A stretch of DNA of 64,000 nt from Cyclobacteriaceae bacterium (GCA_025455015.1 JALONI010000003.1:8195-72194); one strand, 5' to 3'. Shown: positions 9,028-19,217, counted from the first letter of the stretch. Notes: a model not told the origin generated them from the sequence alone. Translations and numbers: made by a program.

Positions 9028-11874
9028 TTATTGTTTTTTAATGGCCCGGTACACCACGTCCTGAATGCGCGGCCGGATGTTGGCGGTTAACAACTTGGCG
9101 TTGTTCATGTTGGGGTGTACGCGGTTGGAAAGAAACACATACACCACCTCGGCTGCCGGATCTACCCACAGGCATGTGCCCGTAAAGCCGGTGTGCCCAA
9201 AGGTGAGGGAGGAGGCCCGTTCCGTTACCGGATTGGATTTGTCGCCCAGCAGGGGACCATCCCAGCCAAGGGCGCGCCTGCTGTTGGCATATTGCCTTCG
9301 GGTGAACAGGTCCACCGTTTCAGGCCGGTAGTACTCCATCCCGCCATAGCGGCCCTTTTGCAACAGCATTTGGCCGAGTTTGGCAAGGTCGCGGGCGGTG
9401 CCAAACAACCCGGCATGGCCCGCTATGCCTCCGTGCATGGCCGCGCCCTGGTCGTGCACATAGCCGATCAACAGCGATTTCCGAAACAACGTGTCATCTT
9501 CGGTGGGGGCTATGCAGGCCGCATCAAACCGCGTGCGTGGCAGGTAGCCCAGCGTGCCGGCCCCGAGTGGCTCGTACAGGTTTTGTTCCAAAAACTCTTC
9601 CATGGGCTGGTTGAGAAACTTTTCAGCCAGGCGATGCAACAGGTAAAAGCCCATGTCGCTGTAGCGATAATCATGCGGGGTGCGCACCGGCTTTTCGCGC
9701 ACTTTGGCCTTCACAATCCAACTCCACAAACTGTCTTTCATGGCTTTGGAGGCAAACAGGTTGTCGGCTACCGGAAAGGGGAAGTCGGGTGATGGTTCGG
9801 CCCGGTAGTAAAAGGTGTGCAGGGTGTCTTTGACGGTTTCGGCCCAAAACGGCAGAAATGGCCAAAGCCCGGCCTGGTGCGTGAGGATGTCTTTGAGCGT
9901 GTAGTCTTTTTTGTTCGAGTTTTTCAGTTCCGGCAGGTAGTAGGAGGCTTTTTTGTGGATGTCAATAAGCCCGCGGTCATACAAAAACATGATGGCCTGC
10001 AGCGTGGCCGCTACCTTGGTGATGGACGCCAGGTCGTACACGGTTTCATCGCTTACGCGGATGCGCTTGTCGTACGTAAGCCACCCGTATGATTTTTCAA
10101 ATACGACCTTTCCTTTGTGGGCCACCAGTACGTGGCATCCGGGTGTGGCGCCCATGGCGATGGCCTCTTCGGCAATGGCGTCAATGCGGGCCAGCGTGTC
10201 GCTGCTCATGCCGGTGGCTTCGGGCAACGCAAAACCCAATCGCTGCAAAGGGGTTGTGGCTAACGACAAGCCTGCGGGCAGCACGTTGGTTCGCACGGGC
10301 AACTCGCCTCGCGCGGGCAACGCGCCAAACAAAATCTGCGCGGTGGCCTTGGCGGCCCGCTCGGTGGCCTGATAGCCCGCCAGCAGCGTGAAATCGGGCA
10401 GCAGCCCATCCAGTAAAAAGGGATTTCCGAAGTGGCAAACGTAGACCATGCGCGATCGCTTCGCCAGCCGGGCCAGCACCTCCGTGGCCAGGTGCTCGGC
10501 CGAGGGATACACGCTTACTAAGAAGACCGCCTCGGCCCGGGCCGCGGGTAAGGCCGTGGTGTCCGCGGGCTTTGTCACATGCACCGTTTGCAGGGGCACA
10601 TATTTTTTCAAATAGCGCTCCCAGGGCTCGGCTTCCTCGGGCGTGCCGATGGTCACTGAAACGAATGTGCGATTGTCGAGCCACGTGATGGGCAATTCCT
10701 GCGTTTGGTTCACTACCGTGATGGCCTGCTCAAATACCTCCTCGGCCAGCCGGGCCGCGGGGCGGTGCGCACCCAAGGTTTTTGCGGCTCCGCGGTCCAC
10801 CAGGCGCGATTGTGACAGCCCCGCTTCGTATTTGGCTTCCAATATTTTTTTTGCCGAGGCGGCCACTTGGTCGCGCAGTTTTTTGTTGCGTTTGATGGCC
10901 TTGCTCAGTTTTTTCACCACCACGCTCGGGTCGCCCGGGTTCATGAGCACATCGTGGCCCGCCTCCAAGGCCAGCAAGGCCGCTTCGCCCGGGCGCGCTT
11001 TGGCCGTCAGCTTGGCCACGGTGGGAACATCCGCGAACGTGAGCCCCCGAAAGCCCAGCTTTTGTTTTAAGAAATCATTGATGACCACGGTAGAAACCGG
11101 TGCAGGGATCACGTTCTTTTTTTCCACGCTGGTGAAGTGCAAATACGAGGTGAGCACTCCGCCAATGCCGTGGCGTATCAACTCGATGTAGGGATAAAAC
11201 CCCAGCGTATCCAGCAAAGCCGTGTTGATTTGCACCGCGGTATCTACGGTGGCCGGTTCAACCGCTTGATGGGCATGGGTAGCCACGGCCATCACGCCCC
11301 CCTGTTGAAGTCCGTTGGCGTAGGCCACCGCCTTGCGCGCCACACGAAATTTATCGTTGGAGAGATACGACAAAAAGCGGTTGTGCGTGGTGGGCACGTC
11401 TACATCGGCTTGCGGGGCAAAGGTGATGTGTACACCCAATTGGCGCAGTAGCTTGGCATTTTCAAATCCCACTGCCCCCACCAGGCTGTCGTTCTTCAAG
11501 GCCCCCAGCACGATCGGGGGCGGCAGTCTGATCAGGCTATCCAGCGTTTGACCCGGTCCGTACTCGGCATCCATGGCCACCAACAGCGGCACGGGCGTCA
11601 GCGTCTGCAAAAAATTGACTGTGTTCACGTGACGAACAGGCGTGCCGGCTGTTATCCATACGCTGCCCGGGCGCCAGGTGCGCAGGTGACGTTCAAACGC
11701 AAGCAAGGCTTCGGGTGTGGCGGGGGCCGGGGCGCGTAGCATAATCAGCTGCCCGACCTGCTCACGCAACGTCAGCGTCCGGAAAACACTGTCCACCCAG
11801 ATGGTTTTTTCAGTCTGTGCGAGAGCCGGGGCGGCAAGCAGCGAAATGACTACCAGGAGGCAAACTTTTTTCAC
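9028..11874 (-). CDS. Exported GH3-like domain (degenerate active site) fused to a beta-lactamase-family serine hydrolase
   Basis: GTG start, then KKVCLLVVISLLAAPALA-Q. GH3 N-domain (LTLREQVGQL, DAEYG, GFRGLTFAD); C-terminal ASITK, YSD and GHTGFTG motifs. Confidence 0.88.
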   Translation of the reverse strand: MKKVCLLVVISLLAAPALAQTEKTIWVDSVFRTLTLREQVGQLIMLRAPAPATPEALLAFERHLRTWRPGSVWITAGTPVRHVNTVNFLQTLTPVPLLVAMDAEYGPGQTLDSLIRLPPPIVLGALKNDSLVGAVGFENAKLLRQLGVHITFAPQADVDVPTTHNRFLSYLSNDKFRVARKAVAYANGLQQGGVMAVATHAHQAVEPATVDTAVQINTALLDTLGFYPYIELIRHGIGGVLTSYLHFTSVEKKNVIPAPVSTVVINDFLKQKLGFRGLTFADVPTVAKLTAKARPGEAALLALEAGHDVLMNPGDPSVVVKKLSKAIKRNKKLRDQVAASAKKILEAKYEAGLSQSRLVDRGAAKTLGAHRPAARLAEEVFEQAITVVNQTQELPITWLDNRTFVSVTIGTPEEAEPWERYLKKYVPLQTVHVTKPADTTALPAARAEAVFLVSVYPSAEHLATEVLARLAKRSRMVYVCHFGNPFLLDGLLPDFTLLAGYQATERAAKATAQILFGALPARGELPVRTNVLPAGLSLATTPLQRLGFALPEATGMSSDTLARIDAIAEEAIAMGATPGCHVLVAHKGKVVFEKSYGWLTYDKRIRVSDETVYDLASITKVAATLQAIMFLYDRGLIDIHKKASYYLPELKNSNKKDYTLKDILTHQAGLWPFLPFWAETVKDTLHTFYYRAEPSPDFPFPVADNLFASKAMKDSLWSWIVKAKVREKPVRTPHDYRYSDMGFYLLHRLAEKFLNQPMEEFLEQNLYEPLGAGTLGYLPRTRFDAACIAPTEDDTLFRKSLLIGYVHDQGAAMHGGIAGHAGLFGTARDLAKLGQMLLQKGRYGGMEYYRPETVDLFTRRQYANSRRALGWDGPLLGDKSNPVTERASSLTFGHTGFTGTCLWVDPAAEVVYVFLSNRVHPNMNNAKLLTANIRPRIQDVVYRAIKKQ

Positions 11875-11972
11875 GCGGTGGCCGTTGGGTTTTTGTACCT
11901 TGCACGGTATTTCCGTGGGTAAAAGTACAAACAGAACGCGGGAGTTAGACAAATCGATGTGATTGTGTGGCC

Positions 11973-12353
11973 ATGAAGAAGAAACCCTTTTTGTCGTTGT
12001 TCACCAAAACACCTTCGCACCAGCGGTTCCAATACCAGCCGCGGTATTACGATCCGAAAAAGGAAGAGCTGGACGAGCGCGTGAAACGCATTCAGCAACA
12101 ATTGGCGCAGGAGCGGGGCGAAGTAGTTGCGCACCAGAGCGATATGGCCGATTACCGGTCGCGCATTGCCGGCTCCATGCAAGCCGCGCGCAAGCGCAGC
12201 GCTTCTAAAGAAGGGGGCGTGGTCATTGTGCGGTTGGCGATTTTGCTTTTTTTGGCCCTCATCATCATGGCTTATCTCACGTGGGGCAACAGTGCTTTGT
12301 ATCTGTTGATCGGTTTTGTGCCCTTGTATCTTTGGATGCGCTTTCGAAGCTAA
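11973..12353 (+). CDS. Conserved hypothetical membrane protein
   Basis: RFQYQPRYYDP motif, coiled coil and two C-terminal hydrophobic helices; upstream of mutL. Confidence 0.7.
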   Translation: MKKKPFLSLFTKTPSHQRFQYQPRYYDPKKEELDERVKRIQQQLAQERGEVVAHQSDMADYRSRIAGSMQAARKRSASKEGGVVIVRLAILLFLALIIMAYLTWGNSALYLLIGFVPLYLWMRFRS

Positions 12354-12408
12354 CCGCAGCCGGTATCATCTTTCCAACAATAGCCGCCCGGCATCGGTTC
12401 AGACATCG

Positions 12409-12416
12409 TATCTTTG
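12409..12416 (+). promoter_or_regulatory. -7 element (TATCTTTG) upstream of mutL
   Basis: Exact TAnnTTTG 15 nt before the ATG at 12432. Confidence 0.6.
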
Positions 12417-12431
12417 CGGTTCTTTAGCCTC

Positions 12432-14240
12432 ATGCCTGACATCATCCAACTCTTGCCCGACTCCATCGCCAACCAAATTGCGGCAGGCGAGGTGGTACAG
12501 CGGCCAGCCTCGGCCGTCAAAGAACTGATGGAAAACGCCATCGATGCCAAGGCCACCCATATCCAATTGATCGTCAAAGACGCGGGCAAATCGCTCATTC
12601 AGGTCATCGACAATGGCACGGGCATGAGTGCCACCGATGCACGCATGAGTTTGGAGCGCCATGCCACCTCTAAAATCCGCAAGGCCGAAGATCTCTTTAC
12701 CCTGCGCAGCATGGGCTTTCGGGGCGAGGCGTTGGCTTCGATCGCGGCTGTGGCACAGGTGGAGATCAAAACGCGCTTGGCCACCGAAGAATTGGGTACC
12801 TGCCTGGTGGTGGAAGCATCGGAAGTAAAAGCCCAAGAGCCGGTGGCCACCGAGCCGGGTACCCGCATCAGCGTGCGAAACTTGTTTTACAACATTCCGG
12901 CCCGCAGAAACTTTTTGAAATCAACCCCGGTAGAACTCCGGCACATCATCGATGAGTTCCAGCGGCTGGCGTTGGCGCACCCCAGCGTGGGCTTTATGAT
13001 GGCACATGGCGATGAGGTACTCATTGACGTGCCGCCCGCCAGGTTGGGGCAGCGCATTGTGAGTTTGTTTGGCAAATCGTACCAGCAACAGTTGGCCCCC
13101 GCCTTAGAGCAAACCGCCCTCGTGCGGATACACGGATACATCGGTCGCCCCGAGGCCGCCCGGAAGACGCGGGGTGAGCAATTCCTCTTTGTCAATCAGC
13201 GTTTCATCCGCAGCCATTATTTACACCATGCGGTGATGACCGCCTTTGAAGGGTTGCTGCCCGCGGGCAGTTTTCCGTTTTATGTGTTGTTTATCGACAT
13301 CGACCCCAGGCACATTGACGTAAACGTGCACCCGACCAAAACAGAAATCAAATTCGATGACGAGCGGGCGGTCTTTGCCGTCATGCTTTCGGCCGTGCGC
13401 CAGGCGTTGGGCAAACACAACCTTGCCCCGGTCATCGACTTTTCAAACGATGTCAACCTTTCCAGCAAGTTAGCCCACCAAACGGTGGATACGCGAACGT
13501 ATTTTGAAGAGCGGTTTGGTACGCTCTCGCAAGGAAAGACGCAGCCCGGCACCCAGCCATGGGAGCAACTGTTGGAGCACGAAGGCGCTAAAAACATACA
13601 GCCCGCGGAGGAAACCCGTCAGCAGGCGGTGCTGCTGGAAAGCAAAGTAAACCAAGCCGGGTCACCGGTTTCAGCGACAGGCGAGGCGTTCTTTCAGCTC
13701 CATGCCCGCTTCATCTTATGTGCGGTCAAAAACGGGTTGATGATCATTGATCAGCAGCGGGCGCACGAGCGCGTGCTGTACGAGAAGTACATGCACCAAT
13801 GGAAGGGCACCCCCGGGGCCAGCCAGCAAAGTCTTTTTCCGCAAACACTCACGCTGGGCGTGGCCGATTTCACCCTGCTGTTGGAGATGCACCAAGAGTT
13901 GGAACAAATGGGCTTTCGGTTGGAGGTGTTTGGAAAAAACACGGTTTTGATACGCGGCCTGCCAGCCGGTGCTTCCGTGGGCGAACGGGAGCTGGTAGAG
14001 GGCTTGCTGGAGCAGTTTAAAACGAACCAGGCGGAATGGCAGATACCAATGCGCGAAAACCTGGCGCGGGCGTTGGCCAAACGCATGGGCATCAAGGCGG
14101 GGCAGGCACTGCAGCTTGGTGAGATGAAAGCGTTGGTGGCCAACTTGTGGAGCAGCAGCAACCCGAACTTTTCGCCCGATGGCAGCCCAACATTTTTTAC
14201 TTTTGATACGTCTAAGATAGAAACCTATTTTACCCGTTAA
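12432..14240 (+). CDS. mutL: DNA mismatch repair endonuclease MutL
   Basis: IAAGEVVQRPASAVKELMENAIDA, GFRGEALASI, DVNVHPTKTE, DQQRAHER. Confidence 0.97.
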   Translation: MPDIIQLLPDSIANQIAAGEVVQRPASAVKELMENAIDAKATHIQLIVKDAGKSLIQVIDNGTGMSATDARMSLERHATSKIRKAEDLFTLRSMGFRGEALASIAAVAQVEIKTRLATEELGTCLVVEASEVKAQEPVATEPGTRISVRNLFYNIPARRNFLKSTPVELRHIIDEFQRLALAHPSVGFMMAHGDEVLIDVPPARLGQRIVSLFGKSYQQQLAPALEQTALVRIHGYIGRPEAARKTRGEQFLFVNQRFIRSHYLHHAVMTAFEGLLPAGSFPFYVLFIDIDPRHIDVNVHPTKTEIKFDDERAVFAVMLSAVRQALGKHNLAPVIDFSNDVNLSSKLAHQTVDTRTYFEERFGTLSQGKTQPGTQPWEQLLEHEGAKNIQPAEETRQQAVLLESKVNQAGSPVSATGEAFFQLHARFILCAVKNGLMIIDQQRAHERVLYEKYMHQWKGTPGASQQSLFPQTLTLGVADFTLLLEMHQELEQMGFRLEVFGKNTVLIRGLPAGASVGERELVEGLLEQFKTNQAEWQIPMRENLARALAKRMGIKAGQALQLGEMKALVANLWSSSNPNFSPDGSPTFFTFDTSKIETYFTR

Positions 14241-14249
14241 CCCGTACGC

Positions 14250-14876
14250 ATGTTCCAGTTGACCCCGGTTGTACGCAACCTCATCATTATCAATGTTGTG
14301 ATCTTTTTGGCGCAGATGGTTGTGCCGGTATCGGGGGCGTGCATTGAGCAGGCACAGTATTTCCCGGGTCTGTCAGGTCTGCTATCGTTGTGGCCGTTAA
14401 AGTCGTGCCCTTTCAGCCCCTATCAATTTTTCACGTACATGTTTGCCCACGGGGGGTTCGGTCATATTTTTTTCAACATGTTGGCCATGGCCTCCTTTGC
14501 GCCCGTTTTGGAGAACTACTGGGGTGAGAAAAAGTTTTTGACTTTTTACCTGATCACGGGCATAGGCGCAGGCGTGATCTATTCATTAGTCAATTATTTT
14601 ATTTCACCGGGCGATGGCGGCCCCATGCTGGGGGCTTCGGGCGCGCTGTACGGCATCATGATGGCGTTTGGCCTCATTTTCCCCAACATGGAAATCATGT
14701 TGCTTTTTCCGCCCGTGCCGATCAAGGCTAAATACATGGTGTTTTTGATCGGGGGCATTGCGTTTTTGTTAGACCGCAGCGGTACGGTGGCGCACGTGGC
14801 GCACTTTGGGGGGGCACTGGTGGCTTTTTTCGTGATTCAGTTTTGGCGCAGCCAGGGTCAGAACCGAAGGTGGTAG
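14250..14876 (+). CDS. Rhomboid intramembrane serine protease
   Basis: HGGFGHIFFNM, GASGA, AHVAHFGG. Confidence 0.93.
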   Translation: MFQLTPVVRNLIIINVVIFLAQMVVPVSGACIEQAQYFPGLSGLLSLWPLKSCPFSPYQFFTYMFAHGGFGHIFFNMLAMASFAPVLENYWGEKKFLTFYLITGIGAGVIYSLVNYFISPGDGGPMLGASGALYGIMMAFGLIFPNMEIMLLFPPVPIKAKYMVFLIGGIAFLLDRSGTVAHVAHFGGALVAFFVIQFWRSQGQNRRW

Positions 14877-14912
14877 TTTGGGGTTATTAACTAGACAAAA
14901 CCGTTTTTATTT

Positions 14913-15818
14913 GTGTTAGACGAATTCAAAAACGCCTTTCAACGGCCCAACAACGCACACATCCAGTTGATCATCATCAACGTGGCCGTGTTTGTGGTGC
15001 TGGCGGTGTTTTTTGTCGTTCTCACCGCCTCCGGCCTGTCAGACGTGTTCGACACGATCCATCGCCAACTGGCCATCCCGGCTCCGCTTTTCTCCTTTAT
15101 CGCCAAGCCGTGGACGATCATCACCTATGCATTCGTTCATGACCTGTCCGGCATTTTTCACATCCTGTTCAACATGCTGGCCTTCTATTGGTTCGGTAAG
15201 TTGTTTGTGGAGTACCTGGGAAGCGACAAGCTCACCGCGCTGTATGTGTTGGGGGCCATCACGGGCGCGTTCTTTTATCTGCTCATCTACAACACCCTTC
15301 CGTTTTACCAAACGCGGGTGCCCGTGGAAGGGATGGTGGGCGCTTCGGCTGCCGTCTATGCGGTGCTGGTGGCCACGGCCACACTGCTGCCGGACTATAC
15401 TTTTTTCTTGTTGTTTTTTGGCCCCGTGCGGATCAAGTACATCGCGTGGATCTACATCGTGATCTCCTTCTTGGGAGCGGTGGGACCCAATGCCGGAGGA
15501 AACGTAGCCCATTTGGGGGGAGCGCTCATCGGCTACGTGTACATCAAGCAACTGCAAGTGGGGGTGGACTGGGGCGGCTGGATAACGGCCGTACTGGAGT
15601 GGACCAAAAACCTGTTCAAACCTTCGCCTAAAGTCAAAGTGAGCTATCGCAAAAAAGAAACGGTGACATCCTCTGCGGCCAAAACGGCCTCCCAAAGTTT
15701 CTCCAAAACCACACAAGAAGAAATTGATGCCATTTTGGACAAGATATCCGAACGCGGCTATGAGAGCCTATCCAAAGAAGAGAAAGAGAAACTCTTCAAC
15801 GCGAGCAAAAAACAATAG
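14913..15818 (+). CDS. Rhomboid intramembrane serine protease with C-terminal soluble tail
   Basis: HILFNML, GASAA, VAHLGG; C-terminal EIDAILDKISERGYESL. Confidence 0.92.
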   Translation: MLDEFKNAFQRPNNAHIQLIIINVAVFVVLAVFFVVLTASGLSDVFDTIHRQLAIPAPLFSFIAKPWTIITYAFVHDLSGIFHILFNMLAFYWFGKLFVEYLGSDKLTALYVLGAITGAFFYLLIYNTLPFYQTRVPVEGMVGASAAVYAVLVATATLLPDYTFFLLFFGPVRIKYIAWIYIVISFLGAVGPNAGGNVAHLGGALIGYVYIKQLQVGVDWGGWITAVLEWTKNLFKPSPKVKVSYRKKETVTSSAAKTASQSFSKTTQEEIDAILDKISERGYESLSKEEKEKLFNASKKQ

Positions 15819-15836
15819 CTCGGATCCATTCCTGAC

Positions 15837-16883
15837 TTAACTTTTGTTCGCCAGTTGCCCACAGGCCGCATCAATGTCTTTGCCGCGGCTCTTGCGGATG
15901 CGCGTGGTGATGCCGTGGCCCTCCAATAGCTCCTGGTACATGCGCAGGGCTTCATCGCTGGCTTGTTGAAAGGCCCCATCATCAATAGGGTTGTATTCGA
16001 TCAGGTTCACCTTGCAGGGCACGTGTTGGCAATACTTCAATAAGGCTTCGGCATGGGTGCGTGTGTCGTTGATGCCTTTCCACACCACATACTCGTACGT
16101 CACTTTGCGCTTGCGTTTGGCATACCAATATTTTAACGCTTCGGCCAGTTCTTCCAGCGAGTTGGACTCGTTGATGGGCATGATGGCGGAACGGGTCTCG
16201 TTGATGGCATCGTGCAGCGACACCGCCAGGTTGAACTTCACTTCGTCATCAGCCATTTTTTTGATCATTTTGGCGATGCCCACGGTGGAGACCGTGATGC
16301 GCTTGGGTGCCATGTTGAGCCCCTTGGGTGAAGTGATTTTATCGATCGCCTCGATCACGTTGGCGTAATTCAGCAACGGCTCGCCCATGCCCATAAACAC
16401 GATGTTGGTCAGGGGCCGCCCAAAAAACAGTTCACTTTGTTGCTGGATGGCCACCACCTGGTCATAGATTTCATCGGCATTGAGGTTGCGCATGCGTTTC
16501 AGCCGGGCGGTGGCGCAAAATTTACAATCGAGGCTACAGCCCACTTGCGAAGACACGCAGGCCGTGATGCGTTTTTCCTTGGGGATCAGCACCGACTCCA
16601 CAATGAGGCCATCGTGCAGCTTCACGGCATTTTTGATGGTGCCGTCCACGCTGCGCTGCATCTGGTCTACCCGAATGTGGTTGATGACAAAATGCGCTTT
16701 GAGCAGCTCGCGCGTGGGAAGCGAAAGGTTGGTCATTTGGTCGAAGTCTTTGGCCGACTTTTTCCAGAGCCACTCATATACCTGTTGGGCGCGAAAGGGC
16801 TTGTCGCCCTGCTCCACAAAGAAGGTTTTGAGGTCTTCGAGCGAGAGTTTTCGGATGTCGCGCTGGGTAGCGGTGGAAACCAT
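15837..16883 (-). CDS. rlmN: 23S rRNA (A2503)-C2 methyltransferase, radical SAM
   Basis: CVSSQVGCSLDCKFC, VFMGMGEP, RGKDIDAACGQL. Confidence 0.96.
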   Translation of the reverse strand: MVSTATQRDIRKLSLEDLKTFFVEQGDKPFRAQQVYEWLWKKSAKDFDQMTNLSLPTRELLKAHFVINHIRVDQMQRSVDGTIKNAVKLHDGLIVESVLIPKEKRITACVSSQVGCSLDCKFCATARLKRMRNLNADEIYDQVVAIQQQSELFFGRPLTNIVFMGMGEPLLNYANVIEAIDKITSPKGLNMAPKRITVSTVGIAKMIKKMADDEVKFNLAVSLHDAINETRSAIMPINESNSLEELAEALKYWYAKRKRKVTYEYVVWKGINDTRTHAEALLKYCQHVPCKVNLIEYNPIDDGAFQQASDEALRMYQELLEGHGITTRIRKSRGKDIDAACGQLANKS

Positions 16884-16887
16884 GGCG

Positions 16888-16895
16888 CAAAGGTA
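16888..16895 (-). promoter_or_regulatory. -7 element (TACCTTTG) only 4 nt from the rlmN ATG
   Basis: Minus strand reads TACCTTTG-CGCC-ATG. Confidence 0.55.
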
Positions 16896-16915
16896 GGGAA
16901 GTTCAACCAATCCAT

Positions 16916-17248
16916 TTACGCTGGGGACAACAGGTTAATCAACCAACTGAGTTCTTTTTTGCTCAAGGTTGCCTGCTCCGACTTGTCGTAAATATCCAGA
17001 AGAAAAACACGTCTTTTCGTATAACGAACATAGGTTATCAACCGGGCACCGCCACTTTTCCCTCGCCCCTTGCTGGTAATGCCTACTCGCACTTTAAAGC
17101 AGTCTTTTGAAATCGGGGTGCCCAAAAAAGGTTTACTGGCGAGTTGCTCCACAATTGGAAGAAGGTCACTCCGAATGGATCGATAGCGTTTTGATAGGCG
17201 CTTTAGTTTCTTTTCAAAGTTCTCGGTGGCAATCACCTCAAAGCTCAT
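16916..17248 (-). CDS. Type II toxin-antitoxin RelE/ParE-family toxin
   Basis: MSFEVIATENFEKKLKRL, KVRVGITSKGRGKSGGARLI, LLDIYDKSE; AT-rich. Confidence 0.88.
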   Translation of the reverse strand: MSFEVIATENFEKKLKRLSKRYRSIRSDLLPIVEQLASKPFLGTPISKDCFKVRVGITSKGRGKSGGARLITYVRYTKRRVFLLDIYDKSEQATLSKKELSWLINLLSPA

Positions 17249-17453
17249 CAAGCAACTGTTTGGCTGTCTTCAATTTTTTTTTGCCTTTTTCGTAAAGGTG
17301 AACCTCTCGAAACGCGTCAGACAAGTCGTTCACAAGCTTTCCTTTTTGGGGGTCGTCAATAATCTTGAGTAGTCGAACATAGTCCAACTGTTTAATCAAG
17401 TCCAGGAAAAAGGAAGCCTTCCGCTTTTCTCTGATGTCGAGAAGTATTTTCAT
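17238..17453 (-). CDS. Putative cognate antitoxin
   Basis: 71 aa ORF overlapping the toxin start by 11 nt; own -7 box TAACTTTG at 17473-17480. Confidence 0.75.
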   Translation of the reverse strand: MKILLDIREKRKASFFLDLIKQLDYVRLLKIIDDPQKGKLVNDLSDAFREVHLYEKGKKKLKTAKQLLDEL

Positions 17454-17477
17454 GTTGGAAACGATAAGTTGACAAAG

Positions 17478-17915
17478 TTACTTAATCCGTGTCAATTCTT
17501 TCACCTCGCAGTCTTTACCCCCAAGGTGGAAGCGCAACACCCCGGCCGACAGTTCTTCGATGATCAATTTCTGCGTCATCAGGCCGGATTTTTTGTCCAA
17601 CAACAGCAGCTCGTTGCCGTTGACGCGGTAGCGAAACGCGTGCATTTTGTCACTTCGCCTTTTGCCAACGGTGAAAATGACTTCTTCGCCTGTGCCATTT
17701 TCGTGAAAGCGGATGATCCGCGCCACCCCTTCGCGCGAGGCACCAAAATGGGGCAACAGCTCTTTTTCCGTGTCACTGTCTGCACCGCTCACCTGTTCCT
17801 GGAAACAGGTTTTTTCGGCACTGATTTGCCATGTGCCCGGCAATGCGTTTGATTGGGCAAAGCCTGCATGTGCGGTGAGCCAGCAAACGGCTGCGAGGAT
17901 CATCGTATTTTTCAT
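17478..17915 (-). CDS. Exported hypothetical protein, lipocalin-like
   Basis: Signal peptide ending AGFA-Q; LPGTWQIS (GxW motif) and a beta-rich body. Confidence 0.6.
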   Translation of the reverse strand: MKNTMILAAVCWLTAHAGFAQSNALPGTWQISAEKTCFQEQVSGADSDTEKELLPHFGASREGVARIIRFHENGTGEEVIFTVGKRRSDKMHAFRYRVNGNELLLLDKKSGLMTQKLIIEELSAGVLRFHLGGKDCEVKELTRIK

Positions 17916-17969
17916 AGAAGAAGTGTTTTGTTTGATAAATTTAGGCAACCAATACGTACTCGTACAAAA

Positions 17970-19217
17970 ATGAAACCACTTTTTGGGTCGTTGGCAGTGG
18001 CGCTTTTGCTGGTGGCCTGCCAGCGCGAGATAACCCCCGACAAGAACCTGCTCGAAAACCTGATGAAAGCCCGGCCGGAACTGTTTAGCCGACTATTGGC
18101 CGAGCGCGACACGCTGGAGGTTCAACTCATCTACACGCAGATAGACCGCGATGAAAACAATGTACCCGCGTTTCGCACGTTTTCATTCAATGTAGATTCC
18201 AACCGCTACTTTTATCCCGCCTCAACCATCAAATTGCCGATGGTGCTGTTGGCTTTGGAGAAGTTGCACGATCTCGACATCGAAGGGCTTGACCGGTTCA
18301 CACCCATGTTCCACGACAGTGCCTATCACGGGCAGCTATCGGCCCACGCAGACACTACCTCGGCTTCGGGCCTGCCCTCCATCGACCACTACGCCAAGAA
18401 AATATTGATCGTGAGCGACAATGACGCAAGCAACCGCCTGTATGAATTTGTGGGCCAGCAGCGCGTGAACGAGTCGCTGAACGCACGCGGGTATCGCTGC
18501 CGGATCGTACACCGACTGGAACGGCCGCTCACACCCGATGAAAACCGCCACACCGAGGCGGTGCGTTTTGTCAAAGACGGGCAAGTCCTTTTTCAACAAC
18601 CGATGCTTGTGAATACCGACTCCCTCCGCCCCGATAAAATCGTCAAGAAGGGAAGCGGCTTCCTGCGCAACAATACCGTCATAAACGAGCCGTTTGATTT
18701 TACGTACAAAAACTTTTATCCGATTACCACCCAGCAAAAGCTGCTGCGCGCGCTCCTTTTTCCGGAGTCGGTGCCCGCAGCTCAGCGATTCAACCTGACG
18801 CCCGAAGAGCGGAGGGCCGTGCTCGCGTATATGTCGCAATGGCCCCGGGAGTCGGACTATCCACCCTATGCCAAAGACACCACGTTGTACGATGCGTACT
18901 GCAAGTTTTTTATGTATGGCGAAGATCGCCAGCCCGTCCCCCAACACATCCGCATCTTTAACAAAGTGGGCGATGCGTACGGATTTTTGCTGGACAATGC
19001 CTACATCGTGGATTTTGAAAACAAGGTGGAGTTTATGCTCACCGCGGTCATCAACACCAATACCGATGGGGTGTACAACGATGGGCGATACGAATACTCG
19101 ACTGTGGGGTTCCCGTTTTTCAAAGACATTGGCCGCGCGGTGTATGACTACGAGCTCCAGCGAAAGCGACCGCATGTGCCCGACTTATCAGCGTTCAAGC
19201 TAACATACAGTAGGTAA
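17970..19217 (+). CDS. Serine hydrolase lipoprotein (class A beta-lactamase/PBP-like)
   Basis: Lipobox LLVA-C; FYPASTIK (SxxK), SDN, NKVG. Confidence 0.85.
   Translation: MKPLFGSLAVALLLVACQREITPDKNLLENLMKARPELFSRLLAERDTLEVQLIYTQIDRDENNVPAFRTFSFNVDSNRYFYPASTIKLPMVLLALEKLHDLDIEGLDRFTPMFHDSAYHGQLSAHADTTSASGLPSIDHYAKKILIVSDNDASNRLYEFVGQQRVNESLNARGYRCRIVHRLERPLTPDENRHTEAVRFVKDGQVLFQQPMLVNTDSLRPDKIVKKGSGFLRNNTVINEPFDFTYKNFYPITTQQKLLRALLFPESVPAAQRFNLTPEERRAVLAYMSQWPRESDYPPYAKDTTLYDAYCKFFMYGEDRQPVPQHIRIFNKVGDAYGFLLDNAYIVDFENKVEFMLTAVINTNTDGVYNDGRYEYSTVGFPFFKDIGRAVYDYELQRKRPHVPDLSAFKLTYSR

Noticed and set aside
17970-19217. Antibiotic-resistance beta-lactamase call
   Set aside because: SxxK/SDN are present, but it is a ~415 aa lipoprotein with large insertions and NKVG instead of KTG; more consistent with a PBP-like peptidase of unknown substrate.
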